A DNA stretch of 62,583 bases, counting the filler, from Choristocarpus tenellus KU-1152 (Eukaryota; Protista; Phaeophyceae), in the NCBI GenBank assembly GCA_964200185.2. It is 8 parts of 8 records of this genome, joined end to end, with 100 filler letters (N's around TTAATTAATTAA, not from the genome) between each part and the next. Parts side by side here need not be neighbours in the genome. Positions count along the whole stretch, not along the records: positions 50,656 to 62,583 come from CAXNAD020002064.1; 7 more parts are not named here. The stretch is one strand, 5' to 3'. Under the pieces are notes generated by a model, which saw only the letters and a list, made by a program, of their open reading frames with translations, searched no databases and had not been told where the DNA came from. Of the stretch, positions 61,177 through 62,583 are shown piece after piece. Within the stretch, counting starts at the first letter, position 1, and the number at the start of each line of letters is the position of its first letter. The position numbers and the translations under genes were made by a program.

Positions 61177-62400
61177 GATGCGAGGAAGGTCAGTATCGAG
61201 AGATTTACGGACGATCGCCTCCAACATACTTCACACTTGGTGATCACACTAACTTTCAGATGTTCCTCACAGAAATATCAGGCTTAGATCGATGAGGTAG
61301 CCTTCATAGATCGTAAAATATCTCAACCCCTCCTTCGGACGTGTTCGCTCAATATTGCCCTGTTGCAGAGGGGTATTTTTGCACCTAACATCCCAGTCGC
61401 CAGACCTACCCCATCAACCCATATCGTCATCGCACGTTCACCAAACTACTAACATATACGCACTCTGGTACACCCTTACTATCTCTTCTTGCGTAACCGA
61501 CCTTACCTCACAGGATGAAGATAACCACTTCGAGCATCGCTGCATTCCTGCTTTGCGTAAACACCTCCCAAGGGCATTTGTTTCTACTCGAACCTTTCAG
61601 CAGAAATTACCTAAAAACAAAGGCCTTCGAAGGAAGCGGGTGAGCAGGGGTATGGTCAGCAGTATTAATCGCAACTCTTGCCAATCAGACAATTCATTAT
61701 TCCTAAGGACATGCTTGTGGCTTCCGAGCCCCTCTGTTTGACTCTCGTTTGTCTTCGACTCCTTTCCTTACCAGGGCTACCGAGAATTGCCCCCACTGCC
61801 TACAGGGGAGAGGTGTGGGAGCCGTGAGGGCACGTGCTGAGAAGAATACCGACCCAGACTGGTTAGCATCCTACGGAGAAGGCCGATGGCCTCTCAAGTA
61901 CCTCTACGAAGACGGGATGGTAGCTGAAAACGGTAACTACCTCGAGCCCGAGGAGATCGCCGTGAGGCATGGAGTCTGTGGTGATCCATCTCAGGTCAGT
62001 ACGGTGGGAAATATAAAAACGACTGCGATGATGATGTATTATTCAAAATCATTGTCTGCGACAATTTTTCAGAATGAGATATTTGTAGGGTCTGGGTCAA
62101 TATCCACAAAAACAGAATAACTTGAAAGCCCATCTTATCTAGTTTTTTGACCGATACTACCTACTCCTCGCACAATTCTGTTCCAACACAGGGAGCACCA
62201 GAAGGCGACAACCGATATGGGATCGCCAACTCCGACTTTGAGGTTATCGAGAACTATGAGGAAGGATCTATCATTGAGATAAAGACTATGACTAGTACCT
62301 ATCACTGGGTGAGTTCTGTAGATTCTATTAAAATAATTCGAGGCACTCATCCAAATGCCACATCAAAATTAATCTGCAAATAAGCAATCGATTGTACGAT
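61177..62400 (+). pseudogene. Spliced gene remnant of unknown function, probably TE-borne
   Basis: Exon-like blocks 61514-61639, 61775-61995 and ~62133-62308 with GT/AG ends and ~135-bp introns. Frames do not join cleanly. Confidence 0.3.
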
Positions 62401-62583
62401 TTATCAAAGTATAGCCAAGGGCCATGGAGGAGTTTGAAATTTGGTTTTCGATGTTACATGATTTGTGCAGAGCATCGATACTTCGGTCTTGCCAAAACAG
62501 ATCGAGAGAAAATGGATAAGCAAAGTGAACCTATCCCTTCCTGTCTCCCCCAAAACCTACCACACACCTGTCCGACCGAACCC

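Overview
Eukaryotic, intron-rich, transposon-saturated scaffold, probably from a stramenopile or brown alga (inference from gene and TE style). It has seven 100-bp scaffolding gaps carrying a TTAATTAATTAA linker. Two host genes can be reconstructed from splice sites and reading frame: ten exons of a Patched/NPC1-family sterol-sensing-domain protein (minus, 12799-31191, including a GC-AG intron and a 10.4-kb TE-filled intron) and several exons of the MeaB/MMAA GTPase (plus, ~44903-47525). The rest is decayed mobile DNA: a DD39D-type mariner, two Copia elements, Gypsy fragments, a CRE-like LINE, another LINE and Penelope-like remnants. The most striking system is a DNA-transposon clan whose ends read G(A/G)NNNAAAGTA. 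It comprises a large decayed element (~36.5-44.45 kb) with a Sola2-like transposase and a divergent second ORF, sibling ends at 1-62 and 9390, and three MITE families, one present at 13 loci. Ends of the large element and of MITE families A and B are bipartite and asymmetric: an inner GTCC(A/G)TTT motif sits 31 bp from one end and 41 bp from the other in family A, one helical turn apart, recalling a 12/23-type rule. Family A makes both 3-bp and 4-bp target-site duplications.
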